Below are positions 1 to 34,641 of a DNA stretch of 64,000 nt, piece by piece. Location: assembly GCA_965113315.1 (NCBI GenBank), contig OZ220369.1. One strand, given 5' to 3'. The notes beneath the pieces are model-generated. The model was not told the DNA's origin and ran no database searches. It saw only the letters and a program-made list of their open reading frames with translations. Numbering within the stretch: position 1 is the first letter of the stretch; each line of letters starts with the position of its first letter. Position numbers and translations under genes: made by a program. This DNA comes from Podarcis vaucheri. Lineage: Eukaryota.

Positions 1-185
1 AACAAAACTATTGGCTTTCGGAAATTCATTCCGATTGTGCAGATGAAATATAACTGGGTGGGGTATTAGTGGATGAAAACAGTCCAGATTCAATGATCGA
101 TCCCCAGATGGTGGAGATTTCAGGCGCCATCCTGGGACCCAGGCACCTTTACTTGGTCGCAAGTTGTCGAAAGCCAGGCACAAAA

Positions 186-434
186 GAGAGCCAGTGTGGT
201 GTACTGGTTAAGAGCGGTAGTCTCGTAATCTGGGGAACCGGGTTCGCGTCTCCGCTCCTCCACATGCAGCTGCTGGGTGACCTTCGGCCAGTCACACTTC
301 TTTGAAGTCTCTCAGCCCCACTCACCTCACAGAGTGTTTGTTGTGGGGGAGGAAGGGAAAGGAGAATGTTAGCCGCTTTGAGACTCCTTAGGGTAGTGAT
401 AAAGCGGGATATCAAATCCAAACTCTTCTCTTCT
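186..434 (+). mobile_element. tRNA-derived SINE (Squam3-like)
   Basis: A-box-like TGGTGTACTGG and B-box-like GGTTCGCGTC, CORE-like GCTGGGTGACCTT segment, CTCTT tail. Confidence 0.75.
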
Positions 435-1354
435 GGCCCCTGGCTAATTTCAAACACTGCCTCTGAGCCCATCCCTTTCACCCTTGGGAGAGACCTTTTG
501 GGGTGGATAAGAATGCATGCTTGTGCTTTATCAGGTTTCTGCACCCAACTAGACACACTCTTTGGGGACTCTGAGATCAGGTGGTTACATTTGAGGTTTG
601 CTTTCTGGGGATCAGGCCCTCATTTTGGCGGTGGTGACGGGCAGGTTCTGGAGCTCTGTGTGTCCAGGACACTTCAGGTTTGTGCAAATCCTGCTCTGGG
701 GTGCTAGGACACCTGGGACAGAGGTGAGGACTCGAGCATTCAAGGTAAGGGAGAGCGTGGCATGTGCTTCTCCCATTCCCAAGGCACTGGCTCCATCTCC
801 CTGCAGCATCACAACTGCAGTTTGCTGTCTCTCGGCAACTGGTAACCAAGGCTACCATCTCCCTGCTGCTTGCCCGGAGCCCCATCTCTATTTTTATCAT
901 CAACGGCAGAGACCAGATCCAGATTTAGGGGAGTTGTACATTTGTGCATATGGCTTGGGGCTTAGGTGCATATTTTGCGCGTACTGCAGTAGTGCCGGCT
1001 CCCCAACTCCCACGCCCTCACATGCGATGGGTTTATTTGTGTACTCTCACTGAGCGTGGGTGTGCTTGCGCAGTTGTGTGCACGGGCATATCCATTGCAT
1101 GCACACGTGTGTTCCGCAGTTGCACCGTGCACGTATTTCCCCGCGCCGCTTGAGCAAACCTCGGGGTACGTTCGCACTTCCTCTGAAAGTGCAAATTTCA
1201 TGCTTGCAAGCTGGCGTTCCACACCTGTCTTGTGCTGTTATAAAAGGAAACCATCATCCTGTGGAAAGCGATCAGGCCTGGCAGACTCGCATGTGGGAGG
1301 GAAACTACAAAACGATCCTGTGGCATCTTAAACACTAACCCATTTATTAGAGTA

Positions 1355-1585
1355 CAGTGGTACCTCGGGTTAAGTACTTAATTCGTTCCGGAGGTCTGTT
1401 CTTAACCTGAAACTGTTCTTAACCTGAAGCGCCACTTTAGCTAATGGGGCCTCCCGCTGCCGGAGCACGATTTCTGTTCTCATCCTGAAGAAAAGTTCTT
1501 AACCTGAAGCACTATTTCTGGGTTAGCAGAGTCTGTAACCTGAAGCATATGTAACCTGAAGCGTATGTAACCTGAGGTACCACTG
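1355..1585. mobile_element. Tc1/mariner (Tigger-like) MITE
   Basis: TIRs CAGTGGTACCTC / GAGGTACCACTG, TA TSD; near-identical copy at 49189-49422. Confidence 0.85.
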
Positions 1586-1589
1586 TATG

Positions 1590-1710
1590 ACCTTTCGTGG
1601 ACTAGAGTCCCCTGTATTGCAGTAATCCATGAAAGCTTATACCACAATAGATTCATTAGGGTTTAAAGGGGTGTCAGAAATTTTTGGGAGTTTTTTTGGC
1701 TGCAACAAGT
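1590..1710 (+). mobile_element. Degenerate Penelope-like element remnant
   Basis: ctttcgtggactagagtcc...ccatgaaagcttat...; same motif layout as the element at 55935. Confidence 0.5.
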
Positions 1711-4700
1711 TAGTTTATTTTATATCCCACCTTTGCTCAAGGGGGCATACATTTTTTCCTGTGAGTTAGGCTAGGCTGGAAAACAGTAACTGGCCAAAGG
1801 TCACCCAATGAGCTTCATGGCTGAGTGGGGATTTGAACCTGGTCTCTCAGGCCCTAGTCCTGGGACACTCTAACCCAGCTTGTTTGGGACTACAACTCCC
1901 ATCATCCTTAGCTAGCAGGACCCAGTAGTCAGGGATGATGGGAACGATAGTCCAAAAACAGCTGGAGTCCCAAGTTTGGGAAACCCTGCTCTAACCACTG
2001 CACCACACTGGCTAAACCCCCCCCCCCCGGATGTTCTTGCAATGTGAGTCCGAGAGGCTTTTCATGCTTTCTTCGCCAGCCTGGATTTACCAGTGCTCAC
2101 CATGATGAACGTGCAAAGCATGGCTGGGAGGGATGTGGACTCTGACATGCATTAGACGGGCAACAGGCTCTGGCTGTCTGACGCAGCTCTCTGTAATGTT
2201 TGGAGTAGGACCAACCATAGCTCAGTGCCAGAGAACATGCTTTGTACCTAAGAAAGTATTTGGTGCAACAACTGACATCCTCAGGTAAAATAACATGATC
2301 AGGTAGCAGCAGGTTATGGGAAAGACCCCAGGTAGCATGAGAGTTTCAGGACACAGGTCTCCCTTTCCTCTTCCACTGCATCAGACATTAGTGGAACTCT
2401 GATGCCCTGGGTTGTTGTATAAGGTGTGATGTGTGTCTTTCTCCCTATTATGTAATGCAGCGTGTACCTAGTTCCAGCACTGAATACCTGCTCTTACACA
2501 ATTCCGGATGTTCCCTACACCCTGGAAAGTGCCAGGATATTAGTATGGTAAATGATTGTGCTCCCGACAGAGGACAGTGCCGAAAGCACGCCAGCAAGCC
2601 AGTTGTATAACACACCCTGCTACAGCCAGGATGCAAAACTCCCCATGCAGCAGGGGCCGGAGTGTGCACACAGCCTACTGCTGTGTGGGAAATCCAGATG
2701 GGAACAGATGGCAGCAGGCATCTGCGGTTGCCCTCTTCGCAGCTTTGCATGTGTGCACAAGAACGCAGCTTTCCCCCTACAGTGACTGGTGTTGTATTTG
2801 TATCAACACAGTACTAGGTCGACAAACATTTAATGGCTAGTGGTCACGGGGGGTGGTCAACCTGTATCTGAGTCGTACCGTTTTCGACTCAGGCAGTGAC
2901 TCAGATGATTGAATAATCTTCCACTTAACTGTGATCAATATCCCCCCATGCTGTTTACTCGCATGTTGAGGAGTAAGGCTCCGCCCCCCCATGTTCAGTT
3001 TTCTATGTGGAATGCATGTTTTTTGTATGGAAGAGCATTGAGTCATGCGCATCTTTAGGCCTGAAGTGGTTTAGCCCGGCTATGGGATGACCACATTGAG
3101 TGATAGCTTAGCCTCAGTCAGGGCAGGACAGGAATTAAGCCAGAAGTACATTCGCCTTGAAAGAGGAGGACAATCCCAGTTGAGCCCGTCTCCCTCCGGA
3201 GATGGTGGACTCTCCTTCCTTGGAGGTTTTTAAGCAGAGGTTGGATGGCCATCTGCCATGGATGCTTTAGTTGAGATTCCCTCAGGGTCCCTTCCAGCTC
3301 TACATGATTCCTCATCTTCCCATGAAAAAAGGAGGCCTTCATTTCTAGCAGCGTGTTCCTGTGTCCTCACCAAACATGAGCTTTTGCATGTGAGAGAATG
3401 TATTTCTCTACAGAGAGTGAGTGTGGGCACTGCAGAAGCAAGACACACACCAGTGAAACTTATGATGTTGCTTGCTTGCATTTATGCGGATGAGAACTAG
3501 AAAGGCTCAGCGTTCTGGGATAGATCCCTTTATGTGGCCCTGAACTCCGTGGAGGAAGTATGGCTTGTCCGGGATCTGGTGGCCAACGCTTAGGTCCATT
3601 TAATCTGGTGGCCCTCTGCATTCCTTTTAGACGGACAGGATGGTGTGCTGTAAGTCGCCCCTCCCTTTAAGCCACCTTGAAGTAAGGAACTTAAAATACA
3701 GCTTTTATTTCTGTCGTTCACGGAGAGGTATATCTGGGTTTTGAGTGTCATGTGCCTTCTGTTCTGCGAATATGTTTTCCTCCCTCTGGGCTACCTTCTG
3801 TCCTTTGCACTCTGCGGACATAAAATGCGCTCGCCGGCGAGAGAGAGAAGGCGGTGTGTGTGTGTGTGTGTGTTGCCCTTGGGCTGCAGAGTTTGCAGGC
3901 AGAAAGTTCTGCGGGCTCCTGTGAGGCAGCGGGTCTGCATGCAGCATGCGTGGCTGTGTCGGGGCAGAAGCATGAGGAAGGCTAGGCTCCTATGAGTTAT
4001 CTGCATGTGAGTCGATGTGCATTGCAGAGTGAGCGTGGGTGGCGCTTTTTCTGTGCAATTGTTTTTTTCTCTCTCCCGCCCCAACGTCATGGTCAGTCTT
4101 CCCTTCCACCCCGCCCTTGGCGTAAGGCAGTGCGTGCTGGGAGTGGTGTGTTTGTGTCCTCTCCTTCTCACCCCCCCCCCCAATTCCCTCAACAATGGGA
4201 TCCTCGCCCAGACCTGGCCTTGTGCCCAGATCTAGTGTGTGTGTGTGTGCTTGTGTATTGGTGTGTGTGTGTCTGTGATGGGGGGGGTGTTCCTACGTGT
4301 CTCCTTACTTCACCTCATAGCCTATTGGCTGCCTGCTGGGGGAAAGAGGCTGGCTACAACCCACCCACCCCCAGCTGTGAGCAGAGGCAGCACTGAGTCA
4401 GTCTTGCGGGGGAAGGGGCTGTGGTACTCAGGGACGGGAAGGGGCTAAGGGAGGAGGCGAGTGTGAGTCATAGGGAGGCAAGCGGAGGCAGCTCTGTGGA
4501 AGGGGAGGCACGCAGGGGGGGTGCGCCCTGGAGTGCACGACACTCGGGGTTCACTGCCTCTCTGCCCCCCCTCGCCCACACTCCTTTTTCCCGCCACCCT
4601 GCCCCAGGGAGGATAGATTATCCCAGGAATGCGTCTGTGCTGCAAGCTCTTAATCCCCAGCCGCACTGGGCTGCCTGCCAGCAGAAGCAGCTTCAGTGCA

Positions 4701-4913
4701 TATGTGTGAGTAGTATGATAGGAGTGACTTCAATATAAAAACACGTATGTATCTGGGAGCGTGACGGTGATGCACTCATCTTAACGGGTCTCCATTAGCC
4801 TGCATGCTCGCACCCATGTGCCCCATTCAGGTGTTACACAAGGATGCATTTAATCCCACATGTGGGTCTGTCCATGCGTATAGCTAGCCAGGCGTGCACC
4901 TTATCAAGGGTAT

Positions 4914-6104
4914 GCCCAGGCTCAGAGGTGGTGACTGGTCCAAGGTCACGCCAAGTCAGCCGCTTCACCTCTTGAGCAACGATTTGAACCCTGGTCTCTC
5001 CCAGGTCCTAGACTTTTGTGCGCTAAGTCAGTAGGCGGGGGGGGGGGAGGCAAACGCCACAAATCTTGCACAGCTTTCCTTAATATCCCCTCCCTACTTT
5101 GTTTTGTCTTAAAAACAAAACAAAACTGCAGCAGCCCTACTTGTTTCCTCTTTTTTCTTACTCTTGACCTGGTTGGCCCCATCATTACTTCCTGCCCATC
5201 CTTACCCACCCCCATCTTCCCTTTTATTGCCCATCCTCTTCCCCCCCCCCGCTTCACCCTAAGCCCCCACCCTTTTTTCTCCCCTTCCTCCCTATGCCCC
5301 CTACTCTCATTTCCCCCCTTTGCCCCCACCCTTTGCCCCCACTCATTTCCACCCCCCTCCACCCCCCAGGATTTATGAAGGGTATGCTGGTGTGTATGTG
5401 TGTGTCCACGTCTATGATTCTGTTCGATGTGGTGCCCCCTCACAGGCATCTGCCAGGGCATGTGTGGCCACAGCATGACCCAAGCAGGTGCCCACATGGG
5501 CGCAAAGTGGGTGGGGAAGGGGCATATGGGGTGTATCATGTATGCACTGCATTTACACTCCACCTTTCTCCCCAAGGAGATCAAGGTAGGGGACCTGGTT
5601 CTCTCTCTCTCCCCCCCTCCCCACATCCTTCATTTAATCCCCACAACAACCCTAGGAGGTAGCCCAGGCTCAGAGGTGGTGACTGGTCCAAGGTCATGCC
5701 AGCCACTTCACCAAGGATTTGAACCCTGGTCTCTCCCAGGTCCTAGACTTTTGTGCGCTGAGTCAATAAGCGCGGCGGGGGGGGGGGGGACCCAAACACC
5801 ACAAATCTTGCACAGCTTTCCTTAATATCCCCTCCCTACTTTGTTTTGTCTTAAAAACAAAACAAAACTTCCCCAGCCCTATTTGTTTCCTCTTTTTTCC
5901 TCACTCTTGACCTGGTTGGCCCCGTCATTACTTCCTGCCCATCCTTACCCACCCCCATCTTCCCTTTTATTGCCCTTCCTCATACCCCGCTTCCCCCTAA
6001 GCCCCCACCCTTATTTTCCCCACCCTTCCTCCCTATGCCCCCTACTCTCATTTCCCCCTTTGCCCCCACCCTCATTTCCATACCCCTCCACCCCCAAGGA
6101 TTTC
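4914..6104 (+). repeat. Local direct duplication of about 450 bp (4914-5374 vs 5662-6104)
   Basis: Both copies start GCCCAGGCTCAGAGGTGGTGACTGGTCCAAGGTCA and share CACAAATCTTGCACAGCTTTCCTTAATATCCCCTCCCTACTTTGTTTTGTCTTAAAAACAAAAC. Confidence 0.92.
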
Positions 6105-6199
6105 CCCACCTTCTCGCGCCCCCCTGCCCCCATCCTTCCCCTGCCCCCCTTATCACGCCTCTCTTGCCCCCTCTCCCCTCATTTCGCCTCCCTTTTTCT

Positions 6200-7200
6200 C
6201 TCCTCCGCTCCCCCCTCTCCCCGGGCGTGGTCTCTCCCTCTCTCCCTGGGTTCCGACGGGCGGGCCTGAGGCGGCGGTAGAGTACAAGAGAGAAGACGGG
6301 GGGGGGGAGAGGCGGGAGAAGAGGAGGAGGAGGAGGAGAAGGCGACTGGTAGTAAACCACGGCCAATGGGAATCCCTCTCACCCCCCCACCTCTCTCTCC
6401 CGCCCCGCGATCCGTTCCTTCACCCCCACCACCACCCTCGCGGCGGCTCGCGGATTTGCATATGACTGACATTCCAGGGGCGGCCAATGGGCGGCCGCGG
6501 TGCGTGCGGCAGGGAGGGGTGCTCATTTGCATGTGAATGACCCAGCGCGGCGGCAGCCAATGGCGCGGCGGGGGCTAATTGGGCATGCGTGACGACGGCA
6601 GTCTGTGTGAGTGTGTGTGAGGGAGAGAGAGCGAGTGAGTGAGTGAGGAGAAGGAGGGAGCGGGCGAGGAGAGCGAGCGAGAGAGAGGAGGGCGGTTCGG
6701 GCGAGGGGGCCGCCCTTGTTCGTAGCCCAGAGCGGCCGGGAGAGGGAGGAGGAGGAGGCGGGCAGGCAGTGAATGGTGTTTGGTTACAACGTTACAACCG
6801 GAGGGGACGGCGCGACAGGCGGAGCAGCAGCAGCGACAGCCTCCTCCCTCCCTCCGTCTCCGTCAAGACGCTCCGCGACAAGCAACCGCCCGCCTGTCGC
6901 CGACAGTGGCTGCGAGGAGGAGGAGGAAGGGGAGGTGGGCAGACGGGAATAGGCGGACAACTCGCGACCTCTCCCCTTCCCCTCCCTCTCCTCCCCTCCC
7001 CCCCCTCCCCGGTCTCTTCCTGCCTTCCCAATGCGCGCACACCGTAATCCTGCCAGGCGACAAGCCTCTGGCCGGGGATCGGGGCAGGCGGTGTGGGCGC
7101 TCTCTCTCCCCGCCCCCCCTTCCAACCTCTCTCCTTCCTACCCACCCGCTTTCATCGCTGAGGTGCTAAAGTGCCCTTGCATACTCGCACACACCCACCT
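6200..7200 (+). promoter_or_regulatory. CpG-island promoter of CIC-S with CCAAT boxes and two octamer motifs
   Basis: Very GC/CpG-rich; CCAAT at about 6363, 6484 and 6557; ATTTGCAT at 6454-6461 and 6525-6532; GA/GT-rich likely transcription start region near 6600-6700; lies upstream of the CIC-S ATG. Confidence 0.75.
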
Positions 7201-7809
7201 CTAGAAACTGCACCTCAAAGCAGCCTGTATTTCCTTCCCTCCCTCCCTCTCTTTCTCTCCCACCAGCACCTTCCTCTCAACGCTGCTGGACCCACACGCC
7301 CCTCTCTTTTTGCACACACTGCCAGAGCAGCCGGCTTGGCACATGGGTGCGCGCGCACACACGCCACCGCCACACGGCTACCTCCCTCGCCTCCCTCTGC
7401 TCCCCCACCCTAAGATGTTTCCTAACTTGCCCCATGCCGACTGCCGGACACGCTGCTGCGCCTGTGAGGAGGACCAGAGCAGGCCGTAGGAGAAGAGTGT
7501 TGCACCTCCTGCTGCTGCTGCTGCTGTTGCACATGGGCGGCAGTGTGGTGGTGAGCCTTCAGACTGTTGACATCCAGCTGGCCTTCGCCCCGCATGGGAC
7601 TTTCTAAGGTGGCCCTCTGCCGTGGAGCGGAACTGGCTTGCTGACCCAGCGCACACCCAAAGCTGCAGACTTCAGTAGGCCTGTTAAAGAGACCACCCCC
7701 CACGCCCCCCTCCCCAGGGCAAGGGCAGGGGGAGAATGCTCTCTGGACTGGGCAGCTGAGAGACACGTGGTCCACCTGCCCTCAGGACAACGGCTCAACA
7801 CGCCTTGGG

Positions 7810-30174
<22,365 letters not shown>

Positions 30175-31418
30175 ACAGCCGTGAGCAGAGAGAAACAGCC
30201 TTGTGGAAAAGGAGTGGGGGGCATATTGGAGCTTTGCCCCCCCCTCACCCGCTGCCATCTCTGTTCGTCCCTCCTGCCCTCCTTCCCTTGCTAAGTGCTT
30301 CCCCCATTTTCTGTGCCCCTGCTCAGGGACTGGAAGCAGGGAGGCAGCTGTCCTTCCTATGCAGACTCTTCCCCTTTCTTCTTGCACTCCTCTCCAGCCA
30401 GTCTGCTCCGAGAGGGAGGGGCTCTGGACTGCTGCCAGCCCCTTCGCTTCCCCCTCCACCCCAGGACTCGAGTGGTGGTGCTGAAAAACCATTCCAGGAC
30501 ACACAGGCCTTGCTCTCTCAATGCAGCGGAGACCGGCGACGGGCCGAGTTGGGGGACAGTTTTACAAAGGGCCTTGAGCGATGGACCCGTGCGAAGTGTC
30601 GGGTTCCAATTTCAAGGCCCCTCCCCGCCCTTTTAATAATGTTAAATATTTTGAGAACCCACATATTCGTTGCTTTTGTGTCCGTAACTGGGGTGGAGGG
30701 GAGAGTCTTTCCCCAGACACACACACACATACACACAGCTGCAGGGGGTCGGGCGGGGAGTTTGTGGCCTTGAGTTCTGGACAGGGTTATTGCTTTGGTC
30801 GCTGGAGGCGAAGGAAGAAGAAAGCACACCCAGACCGCTGCCGGGATCAGTTGATTACGACGCCCGCTTCTCTTGACCGGTCAAGGCTCTGCGTTGGCAA
30901 CGAGAAGGAGGGAAGAGGGTGTTACTTGCGGTAGAGACTGCATACAGACCAGCCTACATCTGGACAGGAGGTGAAGAGGGGTTTCTGCGAGTGAGGGGCT
31001 GACCCAGCACTCAAAGAAGCAAGAGAGAGCAGGTGTGGGTAGCTGGGGGGGCTCCCCCCCCGAGCGTGAGTGCCCTGGCGGCCCCACGTCACATGTTGAC
31101 CATGTGTGTAACCCCTTCTGTATTGGGGTGCTCCCACCTCACACGCTATTAAAGCTCTTTAACAATCCGTCCAGTCGTGGAGTTTTAGTTGCGCACGTCT
31201 TTGGAGAACACCTTCTGGTGGGGGATACGCTTTCCACCAAATTCTCCTGCAAGTCTGGTGCGGAGTGGCACAGAACCCAGCTCCTTCCAAAACCTCCACT
31301 CCAGCATCCTCCAAAGGCTTTTAACCCTTAAAGAGGTATGTCTGAAATGAGTGTATGCGAGGGGTTCCTGTGAGCCTTGGCCCTGGGCGCTCTCCCTTCT
31401 GCAACACTGCAGCGGCAG

Positions 31419-31424
31419 AATAAA
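31419..31424 (+). terminator. CIC polyadenylation signal AATAAA
   Basis: AATAAA about 1.25 kb after the stop codon, followed by GT-rich sequence. Confidence 0.7.
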
Positions 31425-31648
31425 AGTGTGTATATTTGCAGCGAACTTGTGCAGGCTTCAGACCTCAAGGCGCCTCTGTTAAGAAAACCGACAGCAGCAG
31501 GATGTGGAGTGGGCTGCATAAATCGAGCCCTTTTGTGCATCTGATTTACAGGTCTCTCTGGGTTGCAATCCTTGTTCAAAACAATTTTCAAATGGATCTT
31601 GAGTGGCAGGAGGAGGCGGCTGAACAGCAGGTTGCAATCAGTGTAGAC

Positions 31649-31899
31649 CAGGGGTCAGCAAACTTTTTCAGCTGGGGGCCGGTCCACTGTCCCTCATACC
31701 TTGAGGGGGGGCGGACTATATTTTGAAGGGGGGAAAAGAACGAATTCCTATGCCCCACAAATAACCCAGAGATGCATTTTAAATAAGAGCACACATTCTA
31801 CTCATGTAAAAACACGCTGATTCTTGGACCATCCGCAGGCTGGATTTAGGTGGTGATTGGGCTGGATCTGGCCCCGGGGCCTTAGTTTGCCTATCCATG
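31649..31899. mobile_element. Non-autonomous hAT (Charlie-like) element
   Basis: CAGGGGTCAGCAAACT / AGTTTGCCTATCCATG termini; perfect 8-bp TSD GTGTAGAC. Confidence 0.85.
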
Positions 31900-32224
31900 G
31901 TGTAGACGGTGGTCCTCTCCAAAAACTAGGTTTCTACGTATGAAGCGAGATGACCTGTGCCTGTTTTTCAGGCATTTCCTGATAAGGAGGGGCAACTTCT
32001 TTTTGTGAGGGGTGAACGGTAGGATTATTGGGTAGGCATTTATAGCGCTACGAGGTTCTGCACCAAGGCTGTGTAATGTTGGCTTGCACCACATCTCAAA
32101 CCCTGCTGTGCTGTTGGCATCTGTCTTGTTTCGGAATGCAACGGAGTGTGTGAGTCAACCGTTTGGAGAGTCCACCACTTGCTGTGGCTGTAAGGAACAA
32201 TACAGAACTTGCACCACGGCGGTT

Positions 32225-32460
32225 AACAATAAGCCCCACCTGCCCATTTAGAGATGAGACCCTGCTCTTCAATTACCTAAAGGTTTGGGAGGGAGCAGCT
32301 TTATGGAGATGGTGAAATTATACAGAAGAGCCAGCTTTCTAGATCTTGCATGTGCTCCATCTGATTCAATATTCAACTACCTAGCAAAGATTGCAGGGAA
32401 CAAAGAAGGTGATGTTCCCTGCTGCAGAGACACAATAGGTCCTCCATGGAAGGTTCATGC
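32225..32460 (+). mobile_element. Possible degenerate L1/Tx1-type LINE ORF2 fragment
   Basis: Frame reads LQLPKGLGGSSFMEMVKLYRRASFL, resembling the L1 ORF2 motif LQLPKxxGGLxxPxxKLYYxA; stops nearby. Confidence 0.35.
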
Positions 32461-33134
32461 ATATCGGTGGGGAACTATAACTCCAATCATCTGTGACCAT
32501 TGTCCATGCTGACTGGGGCTGATGGGATCTGTCCCAACGGGAGCTGGAGGGCTGCTTGTTCTCCACCTCTATTACACGCTGCGGCTAACGGTTTGACAGT
32601 TCTATACTAATCCCCGTAATTTTTCAGTGTGCTTGAGGCAGGCCACCCCCAGAGCATAGGATAGTGCTTTGGCAAACCTCCATTTTCATTTGAGAAGTCG
32701 CTGCTTGCAAATCTGGGACAAAAAACACCCACCCAGTCAGAATCCTAGACTTGGAAAGGATCCCAAGGGCCATCTAGTCCAACCCCCTGGAATGCAGGAA
32801 TCTTTGCCCGGCGTGGGGCTCAAACCCACAGCCTTGAGATTAAGGGCCTCATGTTCTAGTGGGTGGAGAGAAAGAAGAAGCCAGTCTTGGAGACCAGAAA
32901 CTTTGTGCACCACTTTTATTAAGTAAACATAAGCAAGTTTGCATCAACTTGCCCTGTGCCCAACTTAACTTTTTGGCAAATGCAGGCCAACAGGCCCCCC
33001 AACCCCACAGTCTCCCACAATCACTTAACAATCTACAGAACTAACATGATGAAAGGGATTTGGGGGAGAGAAATCAGCATTCAGTGCTGAATACTAGGTA
33101 GATGAAGATGTAACAGCTTGGGAGGGAAGCTGTA

Positions 33135-33140
33135 TTTATT
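33135..33140 (-). terminator. PAFAH1B3 polyadenylation signal
   Basis: TTTATT on + (AATAAA on -) about 130 nt after the stop; a second one at 32915-32920. Confidence 0.65.
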
Positions 33141-33268
33141 GCGTACCCACGTGAAGACCGGAGGAGAGGTGGCGGGAGAGACAGCATTCTAACTTCTGGG
33201 GAGCTGTCCCTTTGCAGCCACCCAGGCCACAGCGTGGCTCCATCTTGGCCACAGGCAACAGCATTTGG

Positions 33269-33535
33269 TCAAGGGCTTTGAGCGTGGCATTCTCCCAGCA
33301 GGCAAAGCAGCAGCCGGTGCAAGCCGGGGCAGAGTCTGGCGTAGCCGTTGCGGGTCAGGTGGAGGTAGTCGTACATGTCGTGGTGGCTTATGGTCCCGTC
33401 CGAATGCACAAAGCCCGGGTCGACGTTGAGGAAGGAGGCGTTGGGCAGCAGCGGGACCTTTGCCTCGAGCAACTCGTTCACTCTGCTGTTCTTCTCCCGC
33501 AAGGGGTTGGGGTTCTTGCCCCGCGGCAGCAAGCC
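33269..33535 (-). CDS. PAFAH1B3: PAFAH1B3 coding exon 5
   Basis: GLLPRGKNPNPLREKN...SDGTISHHDMYDYLHL...QSP-stop. Confidence 0.96.
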   Translation of the reverse strand, partial: GLLPRGKNPNPLREKNSRVNELLEAKVPLLPNASFLNVDPGFVHSDGTISHHDMYDYLHLTRNGYARLCPGLHRLLLCLLGECHAQSP

Positions 33536-34596
33536 CTGCGTCGGAGAAGACCCAAACCGATTAGGAAGCAGTGCAGACCTTACATCAGGGTTTCCCGAAC
33601 TTGGGGTTTTCTTTGGACTACAGATCCCATCATCCCTGACCACCACTCCTGCTAGATGGGGATGATGGGAGTTGTAGTCCAACAGCAGCTGCCTTAAACC
33701 TTCATCCCTCCCACCAGAGCAGTACCCTCGACACTCACCAACACCACCACACGGGCCTGCGGTTGCTGCTGATGGATGACCCGCACAATGGCTTCTACGC
33801 CGCCAGCCACCTGCTCGGCAGTGTGGCCGTGGTTATTGGTGCCCACCCAGACGACCACGATCTACGGGTAAAAAGAGCGGGGTTGGGGGTGCATCAGTTT
33901 CTCTTGGGGAAAGGAGAGGTTGCTGTCCCGGCCTAAAGGAAGCCACCCGCATCGTTAGAACAATCGTTTTCTCCTGTAGCTGAAGATTCCTCCCAGCAGG
34001 GATGGAATGTTTCTGTACTACAACTCCCATCAACCACAGGTTCCCCATCCTGCTTTTAAAGCCACAATTGGGCTCTCTTTTCTCAGCAAAGGTGGACAAA
34101 GGGTGGGCAGGAGTCTCTCCCCTAATCGGTGGCAGCGACAAACAGTATGGGGATGGGGTGATAGGGGCGAGCTGTGAAGGGGTGGGTTTGGGGGGGGGCA
34201 AGGTGCAAAGAGAATGAGGTTAGCATTGGGTTGGGATGGGTGAGCAAGGATGGAAGCCCCTAGCTGATGTTTTAAAAGCTTGTTTCAAGTCCTTAGGCCT
34301 AGCAGCTATAGCATATGCTTTACGAGGTACAGATAATCTCAGCAAATCGGGAGAAGTAGTCTGAACGGTATTTCCAGTGCTTTCTTCTTCTTCCCAAGGG
34401 CTGATTAACTATTGAAAGCAGAATTAAGCAAAATAAAGAGACATAGGCATATGATGCATGCGTCACAGAAACCGAGTTAAATATTTTTTGCATAGAGATT
34501 ATGCAAGAAGGGCTACTGCTGATTTATCTCTACTCTTCTTTCAGTCCTCCCTTGTGAGTTTTTGGATACGACCTTTCAAAAAAATGCCAAAGTACC

Positions 34597-34641
<45 letters not shown>

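Noticed and set aside
1-185. Coding-looking stretch at the window start
   Set aside because: There are stops in the candidate frames, it is truncated by the window edge and a SINE, and I cannot identify a family or assign it to the CIC-L exon.
6534-6541. CIC autoregulatory site TGAATGAC in its own promoter
   Set aside because: Only 7/8 match to T(G/C)AATG(A/G)A. The exact matches elsewhere (about 16174 and 29167) are intronic or simple-repeat and at chance frequency.
7422-7775. Antisense polyQ-containing ORF
   Set aside because: It is just the reverse of a short CTG repeat in the CIC leader, with no other coding signal.
32258-32460. LPKGLGGSSFMEMVKLYRR resembles the mononegaviral L-protein motif LPxxxGG...RLFxR
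   Set aside because: The following conserved DP is absent, and the LQLPK...GG...KLY..A pattern fits L1/Tx1 ORF2 better. Kept only as a low-confidence LINE fragment.
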